Assembly (NCBI GenBank): GCA_014360645.1 | Contig: JACIXD010000016.1 | Location: 12,395-76,394, forward strand | Direction of reading: 5' to 3' | DNA: 64,000 bases | Origin: Actinomycetota bacterium | GTDB lineage: Bacteria > Actinomycetota > Geothermincolia > Geothermincolales > RBG-13-55-18 | Shown here: piece by piece, positions 8,594 to 16,460 of the stretch | How the letters are laid out: every line of letters begins with the position of its first letter | How positions within the stretch are numbered: position 1 is the stretch's first letter | The notes under the pieces: model-generated | Told to the model about the DNA's origin: nothing | The model's input: the letters and a program-made list of their open reading frames with translations, nothing else | The model's database searches: none | Made by a program: the position numbers and the translations under genes

Positions 8594-9038
8594 ATTATCT
8601 GTACCGAGCCCCGGCTACCTCTCCGACCTCATAGGCGAGTGGGAGCGCGAGCACGGGGCGGTGCTGCCGCGCCGGGGCACCGTGCACGACCTCGGGCCCT
8701 CGCTTACCCACAAGGCGGCCATCTGCCGCAAGGCCGTGCTGGAGGGCAAGCAGACCCCGGAGATCGCCCGGGAGACCCACCACAGCCCGGCCAGCGTGGA
8801 CCGCTACCTGCTGGACCTGGAGCGGGTGGCCTACGCCATGCTCAAGCACGGCATGAGCCTGGGCGAGATATGCTTCACCACCCAGATGTCCGAGGGTCTG
8901 GTCCGCCAGTATGCCCAGCTCGTTACCGAACTCGGGCTCTCGGAATCAAGCCCTTACCGAAAGGAGGTGGGCGCCAAACTTCCCATTGATTCAAGGTCCG
9001 CAACGACCAATGCCCAGCGGACCCAGCATACCCGATAG
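8586..9038 (+). CDS. Hypothetical DNA-binding protein with two HTH-like motifs (possibly a truncated IS-associated gene)
   Basis: The ORF begins inside the MITE-like element, so the true start is uncertain. The motifs QTPEIARETHHSPASVDRYL and MSLGEICFTTQMSEGLVRQY resemble resolvase/IS-OrfA-type HTHs. Confidence 0.35.
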   Translation: MTPLSVPSPGYLSDLIGEWEREHGAVLPRRGTVHDLGPSLTHKAAICRKAVLEGKQTPEIARETHHSPASVDRYLLDLERVAYAMLKHGMSLGEICFTTQMSEGLVRQYAQLVTELGLSESSPYRKEVGAKLPIDSRSATTNAQRTQHTR

Positions 9039-9091
9039 GATGGATGTCATATGACACAGCTATAGATACGACCCCAACGCTGACCTGCCGG

Positions 9092-9115
9092 CATCGAAGA
9101 TCGAAGATGTGACCC
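9092..9115 (-). repeat. REP1 half-site with flanking sequence matching the right arm of the MITE-like element
   Basis: CTGACCTGCCGGCATCGAAGATCGAAGATGTGACCC. Confidence 0.6.
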
Positions 9116-9123
9116 AATACAAA

Positions 9124-9156
9124 ATTGAATTATAATTGAATTATAATTGAATTATA
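9124..9156 (+). promoter_or_regulatory. AT-rich 11-bp direct repeats (TTGAATTATAA x3) upstream of the ligase gene
   Basis: Island of under 15% GC in a 65% GC genome, about 80 bp upstream of the 9233 start. Likely a promoter or binding site. Confidence 0.4.
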
Positions 9157-9232
9157 ATAATATAATGGTCGCGGATGCGATAGTTATCAGCGGGCTGCAG
9201 GATCGGGCTTGAGTTCGAGGGAGGGACATTCC

Positions 9233-11020
9233 ATGACCGATTTCCGGCATTTCTACGATGACATACTCGCGTCTTTCGCCAGGTACCCCGCTATCATCCA
9301 TGGAGATGAGGTCATCACCTACAGGGAGCTGGATGAGCGCACCAACCGCCTCGCCCACGCCATGCTGGAACTGGGGATTAAACGCGACCACAACGTGGGC
9401 ATAGCGGAATATAACACCCCCGCGTTCCTGGAGGTGGTGGCTGCCGCCTTCAAGGTGACCGCGCGTGCCGTGACCCTGAACTTCAAGTTCAAGGAATGGG
9501 AACTCAAGCATGTCATAGAGGACGCAGGCATGGAGACGGTGTTCTTCAACGAGGACATAGCCGACCGCATGGTGAACCTGCGCCCTGAGCTGCCGGGGGT
9601 GAAGAACTACGTCATCATCGGCGAGCGCCGTGTCGAGGGCATGCTCAACTATTCCGAGATCGTACGGGGTAGGCCGTCCACTGCCCCCACCCCGCCATGG
9701 CCAGAGTTCAGCGGCGACGACGTGGTGGTGCTCATGTACACCGGGGGCACAACCGGGTATCCGAAAGGAGTGATCTACACCCATGACCAGGTGTTAAGCG
9801 CGCCACTCGAGGCGATGATCCGCAATTTCGCGGGCGGACTGAGAGACCTCTCCAAGGCACCACCCCAGGTCTTCAAGGGCATCGAGAAGACCCTGAGAAT
9901 CCCCGGCGCCGCGCGCACCCTCCCTTGGCTGCTCTCGCGTGAGGCCACCCGCAGGGCGCTGATAGTCGTGGGCAAGAAGGCAGGCCCCTTCATCATCAAG
10001 GCCCCGGACCCCCTGATCAGGGCGATACTCTTCCTCAACGCCAGGCTCACGGGAGGGAAGGTGAGGATGCTGTTGGCCAGCCCCATGATGCACGCCTGGG
10101 CCTACAACCACGCCCTCATCGGCATGATCGGAGGTTTCACCAGCATCCTCCTGCCCTCCAAGAGCTTCGAGGTCTCGGAGATGATCTCGGCCATAGAGAA
10201 GCACCGCGCCAACGTGCTGGTGGCGGTGGGCGACGGGCAGTGCCGGCCCTTTGCCGATGAGCTCGACCGCGCCGCCGCCGAGGGGAAGCGTTACGACCTG
10301 GGTTCTCTCCTGGTTGTGCTCTCCAGCGGCATGGCACTCTCCGTAGACGTGAAGCGAAGGCTGCTCGAGCACCTCCCACAGCTCATCATCCTGGACGTGC
10401 TGGCCTCAACGGAGGGGCATTACATCTCCGTCACTCCCTACACCGCCGCGGACCGTGAGCTGGAGAAGACCGTCTTCAGGGTGAGCGACATGGTCAAGGT
10501 CATAACCGAGGATGGGAGGGAGGCCCGGCCGGGCGAGATCGGGGAGGTGGCGGTAGCCCGCGAGCACCAGGGCTCCTCGGGATATTACGGCGACGCCGAG
10601 AAGACGGCGCGCACCTACCGCAAGGTGGGCGGCAAGACCTACATCTTCACCGGCGACATGGCCTCAGTGGACGAGAAAGGACACATACACCTCATAGGCA
10701 GGGGATCCGGCTGTATCAACACTGGGGGCGAGAAGGTGTTCCCTGAGGAGGTGGAGGAGGTGCTCAACCGCCACCCCGCGGTGGAGCTCTCGGGTGTCAC
10801 CAGCGTTCCCCATCCCCGCTGGGGAGAGGCGGTCACGGCGGTGATACAGTTAAAGCCGGGGGAACAGGCCGACGAGGAGGAGATAAAGGCGTGGTGCAAA
10901 GAGTATCTGGCTGATTACAAGGCCCCCAAATACGTGCTCTTCGTGGACGAGCTGCCGCGCCTGATCACCGGCAAGGTACATTACCGCGAGATCAAGCAGT
11001 TGGTACAGGAGAAATTCTAG
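9233..11020 (+). CDS. AMP-dependent synthetase/ligase (acyl-CoA synthetase family)
   Basis: Motifs YTGGTTGYPKGV and TGD…GSGCINTGGEKV…GK are present. RBS GGAGGGA lies 6 nt before the ATG at 9233. An alternative ATG lies at 9209. Confidence 0.8.
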   Translation: MTDFRHFYDDILASFARYPAIIHGDEVITYRELDERTNRLAHAMLELGIKRDHNVGIAEYNTPAFLEVVAAAFKVTARAVTLNFKFKEWELKHVIEDAGMETVFFNEDIADRMVNLRPELPGVKNYVIIGERRVEGMLNYSEIVRGRPSTAPTPPWPEFSGDDVVVLMYTGGTTGYPKGVIYTHDQVLSAPLEAMIRNFAGGLRDLSKAPPQVFKGIEKTLRIPGAARTLPWLLSREATRRALIVVGKKAGPFIIKAPDPLIRAILFLNARLTGGKVRMLLASPMMHAWAYNHALIGMIGGFTSILLPSKSFEVSEMISAIEKHRANVLVAVGDGQCRPFADELDRAAAEGKRYDLGSLLVVLSSGMALSVDVKRRLLEHLPQLIILDVLASTEGHYISVTPYTAADRELEKTVFRVSDMVKVITEDGREARPGEIGEVAVAREHQGSSGYYGDAEKTARTYRKVGGKTYIFTGDMASVDEKGHIHLIGRGSGCINTGGEKVFPEEVEEVLNRHPAVELSGVTSVPHPRWGEAVTAVIQLKPGEQADEEEIKAWCKEYLADYKAPKYVLFVDELPRLITGKVHYREIKQLVQEKF

Positions 11021-11025
11021 GCGTT

Positions 11026-11172
11026 GGGGTCACATCTTCGATCTTCGATGCCGGCAGGTCTCAACCGCTTGTGGGGTCAGCTAGTGGATCCTGCCATGGG
11101 CATATTCTAAATGAAAACCCCGCCACTAACACCAACAAACGCTATCGAATCGAAGATTGAAGATCTGACCCC
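11026..11172 (-). mobile_element. MITE-like element, inverted copy of 8447-8593
   Basis: Its reverse complement aligns over ~147 bp to the left copy. Together they bracket the 2.4-kb segment 8594-11025. Confidence 0.7.
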
Positions 11173-11175
11173 CAA

Positions 11176-11427
11176 TTAGGGATTGAGGGGGCGGCGCCCG
11201 GCCGTGACCCGGATGGCGTTCTGGGCGCAGGCGGACAGACACTCCCCGCAGCCGTCGCAGAACGACACGAAGCGGGGGACGATGCGGTATCGGGGGTTCT
11301 CCCCGTGCCGGTCGTGGTCTTTTTCCCTGGGTACGGCGAGGAAGACACCGTGCGGGCAAGCCTCCTGGCAGCGGCGGCCACAGGCCTCGGCATCGCAGTC
11401 GGCGACCCTGACGCGGTAACGGGGCAT
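11176..11427 (-). CDS. Ferredoxin, 2x[4Fe-4S]
   Basis: The translation MPRYRVRVADCDAEACGRRCQEACP…CDGCGECLSACAQNAI shows two cluster motifs. RBS GGAGGTGG precedes the ATG. There is a 2-nt gap to the upstream gene. Confidence 0.7.
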   Translation of the reverse strand: MPRYRVRVADCDAEACGRRCQEACPHGVFLAVPREKDHDRHGENPRYRIVPRFVSFCDGCGECLSACAQNAIRVTAGRRPLNP

Positions 11428-11429
11428 CG

Positions 11430-12245
11430 TTACCACCTCCCCGCCGCCGCAGGAACGGTCTCTCGTCCCGCCAGGGACAGGGCTCCGCGCGGGCAGACGC
11501 CGCGGCACAGGCCGCATCCGAAGCAGTCCCCCGCGTGCACGTGCACCCGTCCAGCCTCGGGATCGTAGTGCAGGGCTCCGAAGGCACAGCGGGAGACGCA
11601 GACGGGTTCCTCGCAATAGCGGCATAGCAAGCGATCCACCACGCAGACCTCGTGGCCCTTGTAGATAGCCGCCTCTACGTTATTGGCCCAGCGCTGCTTG
11701 AGCGAGGTGCAGTAGCGCGCGTCGCAGTTGCAGATGCAGATGGGGAAGGGGACCTTGGCGTAAAGCACCTGGTGGAAATGGCCACGCTCCTCGCTGCGCC
11801 GTACCACTTCCTTGGCCTCTTCCAGGGTGATCTCCTCCATGGGTCCCTGGGGCATGTGGCGCCTCTGCAGTTCCTTCACCGGACCGAAGTTGAGACATAC
11901 CATGTCGTCCCGGTTCCCCACCAACTTGCGGCAGGCGCAGGGCAGGAGCACGAAATCCCGGGCGTATTCCAGCAGCGCGAGGGAATCCTCGAGGGAGACC
12001 ACCTGCCCGCCGTGCTCGTTGGGGGCCATGCGGTTGATGGCCGCCTTCACCGCCTTGCCGATCACCGGCAGGTTGACCAGCCGGGTCATGCGGGAGGTGA
12101 AGTCGATGTAGTAATCGATCCCCCAGCCCGCCACCTTCTCCAGGGTCTTCACGCGCTGGGGATCCTCCATCATCTTCTCGGAGAAGTTCTCGGGATTGAG
12201 GTACCAGCGGTTGCCCTGGCCGTGTTTCTCGCAGAACTCGCACAT
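11430..12245 (-). CDS. Fe-S cluster protein with a C-terminal 4Fe-4S dicluster domain
   Basis: N-terminus MCEFCEKHGQGNRWY…; C-terminus CVSRCAFGAL…CFGCGLCRGVCP. RBS GGAGGCG is present. Confidence 0.55.
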   Translation of the reverse strand: MCEFCEKHGQGNRWYLNPENFSEKMMEDPQRVKTLEKVAGWGIDYYIDFTSRMTRLVNLPVIGKAVKAAINRMAPNEHGGQVVSLEDSLALLEYARDFVLLPCACRKLVGNRDDMVCLNFGPVKELQRRHMPQGPMEEITLEEAKEVVRRSEERGHFHQVLYAKVPFPICICNCDARYCTSLKQRWANNVEAAIYKGHEVCVVDRLLCRYCEEPVCVSRCAFGALHYDPEAGRVHVHAGDCFGCGLCRGVCPRGALSLAGRETVPAAAGRW

Positions 12246-12313
12246 GAAGACGCCTCCAACACCGAAGATGCCCGCCGGGAGCTTTTATATTTTAACACAA
12301 CGGATCGCGTAAC

Positions 12314-12493
12314 GGGGTCAGATCTTCGATCTACGATACCAATATATGGGTAATATTCGTGATTTAAACGGCCAACGGCTACCTGATCGCATTGAAAAAG
12401 TAAGGGGTCAGATCTTCGATCTACGATACCAATATATGGGTAATATTCGTGATTTAAACGGCCAACGCTACCTGATCACATGATCACATTGAA
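12314..12493 (+). repeat. Two tandem copies of a 90-bp unit (REP1 plus an AT-rich segment CCAATATATGGGTAATATTCGTGATTTAAACGG)
   Basis: REP1 copies at 12314-12340 and 12404-12430. The units are near-identical. Confidence 0.7.
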
Positions 12494-12744
12494 AGAGAGG
12501 ATCGGGATCTCATTGAAAACGAAGATCCAAAATAATGCCTATGGCACTTTATCTATAATAACGAGGTCAAATTCTCGACGACGGCGACTTATGCTTTAGC
12601 AACTGAGCTGTGGGTACCCGTCTTATCCCCAACCCCGAGCGCAGCGCCTGTGCCTTGTAAGTAAAGCAAAATTGATGCCAGACCCCCGTTTGGCGTTGGC
12701 GCTGGCCGCGTCGATGTTCGGAGAGAACTCGATTGGCAGACAAT

Positions 12745-12944
12745 GCATCGATGATCGAAGATCGAAGATCTGACCCCATCGGGGAATGCATCGATGATCG
12801 AAGATTGAAGATCTGACCCCATCGATCATCTGACCCCATCGGGGAATGCATCGATGATCGAAGATCGAAGATCTGACCCCATCGAGGCCCCATCGAGGCC
12901 CATCGAGGCGCGTCAATGTGTCGAAGATCGAAGATCTGACCCCA
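12745..12944 (-). repeat. Array of four REP1 copies (reverse) within ~50-bp tandem units
   Basis: ATCGATGATCGAAGATCGAAGATCTGACCCCATCG is repeated. The last copy forms the 3' end of the downstream dehydrogenase ORF. Confidence 0.7.
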
Positions 12945-14106
12945 TGGTTACCATGCGCCGCAGCAGGGGAGGGGGGAGGAACGCGGGGCTCTTCGTCTCT
13001 TCGTACAGGCGCGAGGCCTCCGCGAGCACCGTGTCCAGCCCCAGGTTGTCGGCCATCTCCAGCTGCCCCATGGGCAGGTTGAACCCCAGGCGGGAGGCCC
13101 TGTCCACGTCCTCAGCTTCCGCTACCCCAGCTTCCACCACCCTTATCGCCTCCAGGATGCCGGGAAGCAAGAAGCGCATCAGGAGACCCTGGGAGTCACC
13201 TCTCTCCCCGGGGCCGCGCCTGGGCGCGGGGAGCATGTAGCTCTCCCTCTTCCCGCTTGCGTAGTCGTAGAAGCCGCGGCCGCTCTTGCGTCCCAGCAGG
13301 CCCGCGGCCACCATGCGCCGCAGCAGGGGAGGGGGTAGGAAACTGGGGTCGCGCGTGTCCTCGTAGATGGCCAAGGCGGCGCTGAAAGCCACCTCCAGTC
13401 CGGCGTTATCCATGATCTGCAACGGGCCTACCCCGGCCTCGAAGCCTCCCGTGGAACGGTCTATCTCCTCTGGCGTCGCCAGGCCCTCGTCCACCATGCG
13501 CACCGCCTCTATGGAGGAGGGGATATTCACGCGGTTGGCCACGAAACCGGCGTGGTCCTTCTGTACCAACACCGTCTCCTTACCCAGGCTGCGCGCCCAG
13601 GCGTCGGCGGATTCCATGGTCTCCTGCGAGGTGAGTAGGCCACGGATGATCTCCACCAGGCGCATGAGCGGCACCGGCCCGAAGAAATGCACCCCAACCA
13701 CCCGCTCCGGCCGGGAGGTCGCGGCGGCCAGGGAGGAGATGGGGATGGCCGAGGTGTTGGTGCCCAGGAGGGCATGCGGAGGACAGATGCCGTCCAGGAC
13801 GCGGAAGACCTCCACCTTGAGGGAGAGGCTCTCGGGCACCGCCTCGATGACCAGGTCCGCCCTGGAAGCCTCGCCCAGTTCGGTGGTGGTGGAGATGAGC
13901 TCCAGGGCGCGACCCGCACGCTCCTCATCCACCCTTCCCTTGGACACTAGCTTCCGCAGCGAGCTTCGGATGTTTTCCGTTCCCGCCCGCAGGGCCTCTT
14001 CGCTGACGTCGCAGAGAGTCACGCGGTAACCGGCCAACGCCGAGACCTGGGCGATGCCGTGTCCCATGAAGCCCGCTCCCACCACGAAGACGTTCTCTAT
14101 GCCCAT
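12913..14106 (-). CDS. 3-hydroxyacyl-CoA dehydrogenase (NAD-binding domain plus duplicated 3HCDH C-terminal domain)
   Basis: N-terminus MGIENVFVVGAGFMGHGIAQ, with RBS GGGAGGAGG. The C-terminal domain repeats (DPSFLPPPLLRRMVAAGLLGRKSGRGFYDY, then SPAFLPPPLLRRMVTMGSDLRSSTH). The second copy ends inside REP1. Confidence 0.8.
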   Translation of the reverse strand: MGIENVFVVGAGFMGHGIAQVSALAGYRVTLCDVSEEALRAGTENIRSSLRKLVSKGRVDEERAGRALELISTTTELGEASRADLVIEAVPESLSLKVEVFRVLDGICPPHALLGTNTSAIPISSLAAATSRPERVVGVHFFGPVPLMRLVEIIRGLLTSQETMESADAWARSLGKETVLVQKDHAGFVANRVNIPSSIEAVRMVDEGLATPEEIDRSTGGFEAGVGPLQIMDNAGLEVAFSAALAIYEDTRDPSFLPPPLLRRMVAAGLLGRKSGRGFYDYASGKRESYMLPAPRRGPGERGDSQGLLMRFLLPGILEAIRVVEAGVAEAEDVDRASRLGFNLPMGQLEMADNLGLDTVLAEASRLYEETKSPAFLPPPLLRRMVTMGSDLRSSTH

Positions 14107-14149
14107 GGCCTCCTCCCTTGCCGGTGGCCGGTTGCCCGATTTGTGGTCG

Positions 14150-14290
14150 CGCGCCGCGTCCGCCGGGCGCGCACATCCCGCGCCGCGTCCGCCGGGTGCG
14201 CATATCCCACCGCCGTCCGCCGGGTGCGCATATCCCACCGCCGTCCGCCGGGCGTGCAGCCGCCGTCCGCCGCGGCGCTCCGGTTCGGCA
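14150..14290. repeat. Tandem ~29-bp repeats (CGCCGYGTCCGCCGGGTGCGCATATCCCAC, 3 full and 2 partial copies)
   Basis: Read directly from the sequence. The repeats sit in the divergent promoter region between the dehydrogenase gene and the MBL-fold hydrolase gene. Confidence 0.7.
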
Positions 14291-14349
14291 TCCAGATTAG
14301 TATAATCGGGGTGGAGATGTCATCTGTTGCTGGGGAGAGGAGGGGAAGC

Positions 14350-15084
14350 ATGGCTTGCAGTGCCGCCATCGCGGGGGAGGTGGCCGGATCGCGGATCGTG
14401 ACCATCCGGACCGCCACCGCCAACTGTTACCTGGTGTTGGGTCCGAGGCCTTACCTCGTGGACACCAACACCCCCAAGGCGAAGACGAGGATAATGCGCG
14501 CCCTGGACGCCGGCGGTCTCAAAGTGGAGGACCTGGAATACATCATCATAACCCACCACCATTACGACCACACCGGCTGCCTGGCGGAGCTCAAGCGCCT
14601 CTCGGGTGCGCGGGTGGCCTCGGGGGCAGGGGACGCCCCGGTGATCACGGGTGACCAGGAGCCGCCGGGTCCGGGAGATATCAGCCCTGCGGGAAGGCTG
14701 CTGCGGAGGCTGCCCGCCTCCTGGCTGCAGAGCTATCAGCGTTTCGAGAGATGCGCGGTGGACCTGGAGCTAGTGGACGGCCAGGAGATCGAGGAGCTCG
14801 GCCTGGAGGTTCTGGAGCTCCCGGGGCACACCGAGGGAGGCATCGCCCTCTACAGCCGCTCCGAGAGGCTGGCCTTCATCGGGGACATGGTGAGCAACAT
14901 CATGGGCCGTCTCGGCCCGCCCTTCCTCTCCTTCAGCTATGATAAGGCGGCCATCCTCGCCTCCATGCGGCGCCTGGCGTCACTCGACCTGGACTATGCC
15001 TATCCCGGGCACGGCGCGGTCATCGGCCCCGACGCCGGGTCGAGGATCGGTGAGCTGGCCGATAAGCTCGCCCGCAGATGGTAG
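14350..15084 (+). CDS. MBL-fold metallo-hydrolase
   Basis: Metal-binding motifs THHHYDHTG and GHTEGG are present. An RBS precedes the ATG. Confidence 0.8.
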   Translation: MACSAAIAGEVAGSRIVTIRTATANCYLVLGPRPYLVDTNTPKAKTRIMRALDAGGLKVEDLEYIIITHHHYDHTGCLAELKRLSGARVASGAGDAPVITGDQEPPGPGDISPAGRLLRRLPASWLQSYQRFERCAVDLELVDGQEIEELGLEVLELPGHTEGGIALYSRSERLAFIGDMVSNIMGRLGPPFLSFSYDKAAILASMRRLASLDLDYAYPGHGAVIGPDAGSRIGELADKLARRW

Positions 15085-15127
15085 CACGGGGGGAGGGGAA
15101 AGGGAGGGAAAAGGGGCCGTGGCGTTC

Positions 15128-15168
15128 ATAATATATATTTATAATTAATATAATGATATATTATATTA
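15128..15168 (+). promoter_or_regulatory. Very AT-rich promoter-like segment directly upstream of the tRNA-like gene
   Basis: TTCATAATATATATTTATAATTAATATAATGATATATTATATTA. A TATATT hexamer ends 7 nt before the first G of the acceptor stem. Confidence 0.5.
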
Positions 15169-15257
15169 GGGAGCACGAGACTGGTGTCTCCCGCGGGCTG
15201 CAAACCCGTTGGCCGGCTCTGAAAAAGTCGGGGTGGGTTCGATCCCCACTGCTCCCC
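15169..15257 (+). tRNA. tRNA-like gene with a class-II-like long variable arm and anticodon loop CUGCAAA (GCA)
   Basis: Acceptor stem GGGAGCA/TGCTCCC (7 bp). T arm GTGGG-TTCGATC-CCCAC. D arm GAGAC-TGGT-GTCTC (5-bp stem, 4-nt loop). Anticodon stem GCGGG/CCCGT with loop CTGCAAA. The variable arm is ~22 nt (CCGGC…GTCGG). The discriminator is C and CCA is not encoded. Confidence 0.5.
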
Positions 15258-15334
15258 TCCAGCCATCTTCACCACCTCACGCTCTCCGGCCCCGAAAAGC
15301 GGTGGTGGCGGCGACCCGTTGCCGCTTATCACGG

Positions 15335-15880
15335 CCTTGCGTGTTCCTCCCACGTCACGCCCGGCTTACTTGAAAGATCCTCCCGGAAGTGAAAGTGACG
15401 GGTGCGGCATAGCGTGTTCCTCCCACGTCACGCCCGGCTTACTTGAAAGATCCTCCCGGAAGTGAAAGTGACGGGTGCGGCCTCGCGTCTTCTTCCCACG
15501 TCACGCCCGGCTTACTTGAAAGATCCTCCCGGAAGTGAAAGTGACGGGTGCGGCATAGCGTGTTCTTCCCACGTCACGCCCGGCTTACTTGAAAGATCCT
15601 CCCGGAAGTGAAAGTGACGGGTGCGGCATAGCGTGTTCCTCCCACGTCACGCCCGGCTTACTTGAAAGATCCTCCCGGAAGTGAAAGTGACGGGTGCGGC
15701 CTCGCGTCTTCTTCCCACGTCACGCCCGGCTTACTTGAAAGATCCTCCCGGAAGTGAAAGTGACGGGTGCGGCATAGCGTGTTCTTCCCACGTCACGCCC
15801 GGCTTACTTGAAAGATCCTCCCGGAAGTGAAAGTGACGGGTGCGGCATAGCGTCTTCTTCCCACGTCACGCCCGGCTAAC
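15335..15880. repeat. Tandem array of a 73-bp unit (8 copies of the core CACGTCACGCCCGGCTTACTTGAAAGATCCTCCCGGAAGTGAAAGTGACGGGTGCGG) with a 3-unit higher-order period
   Basis: Read directly. Unit variants A, B and C recur in the order A-B-C-A-B-C-A-D. There are no unique spacers. Confidence 0.85.
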
Positions 15881-15941
15881 CGCCGGCGGGTAGAGGAAAG
15901 GGGCCGGGTCTCCCCGGCCCCCCTAAACGCCCGAGGCGTTT

Positions 15942-16445
15942 CTACTTGATAATCTCGAAGTACTCCACGTCGTGGATGCTGCCGGTGCGGTTCTCCGCCC
16001 ACACGGCGCGCATGCGCATCCCCACCTCCAGCTCTTTCTCGTCGTAGACGTTGCAGAAGTGCATCATGCGCGTGTTGGCGCCGTCCAGGGTCACCCATAT
16101 GGAGGTGAAGGGGACCTGCTTCATGCCGCCGTTGTTGGCGTCTATATAGGGGAAGCGCACGATGGTGAAGCCCTCGAGGACGCCCTCGGGTCCCACTTCC
16201 ACCCACTCGTTCATCTCCACGTAGCACTTGCCGCAGACCTGGCGGGGAGGCATATACACCCAGCCGCACTCCGGGCATTTCACGCCCATGAAGCGCTTGT
16301 TGTCCCGCAGCTCAGCCAGGAACTTGCTCCAATAATACCCGAGGTGCCAGTGGAAGTCGTACTCCAGGTGGCCGGACTCGTGGGTGAGGAGCTCGTAGCC
16401 CTCGGGGGTATGGGTGCGCTTGCGCTTGTCTTCGTAAAGTCCCAT
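15942..16445 (-). CDS. DUF35 OB-fold/Zn-ribbon protein (thiolase-associated)
   Basis: Zn-ribbon motif CPECGWVYMPPRQVCGKC plus an OB-fold. RBS AGGAGG lies 8 nt before the ATG at 16445. Confidence 0.8.
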   Translation of the reverse strand: MGLYEDKRKRTHTPEGYELLTHESGHLEYDFHWHLGYYWSKFLAELRDNKRFMGVKCPECGWVYMPPRQVCGKCYVEMNEWVEVGPEGVLEGFTIVRFPYIDANNGGMKQVPFTSIWVTLDGANTRMMHFCNVYDEKELEVGMRMRAVWAENRTGSIHDVEYFEIIK

Positions 16446-16460
16446 AGTTCTCACCTCCTC

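Noticed and set aside
15169-15257. tRNA-Sec (selC) assignment
   Set aside because: The Sec-like D arm, long variable arm and CU[G/U]CAAA loop are suggestive. But the acceptor/T helix is 7/5 (12 bp), not the bacterial 8/5, the anticodon is GCA not UCA, and the discriminator is C. It is therefore kept as an unclassified tRNA-like gene.
15335-15880. Possible CRISPR array
   Set aside because: The whole 73-bp unit repeats with only a few point differences, and there are no unique spacers. No cas genes are nearby.
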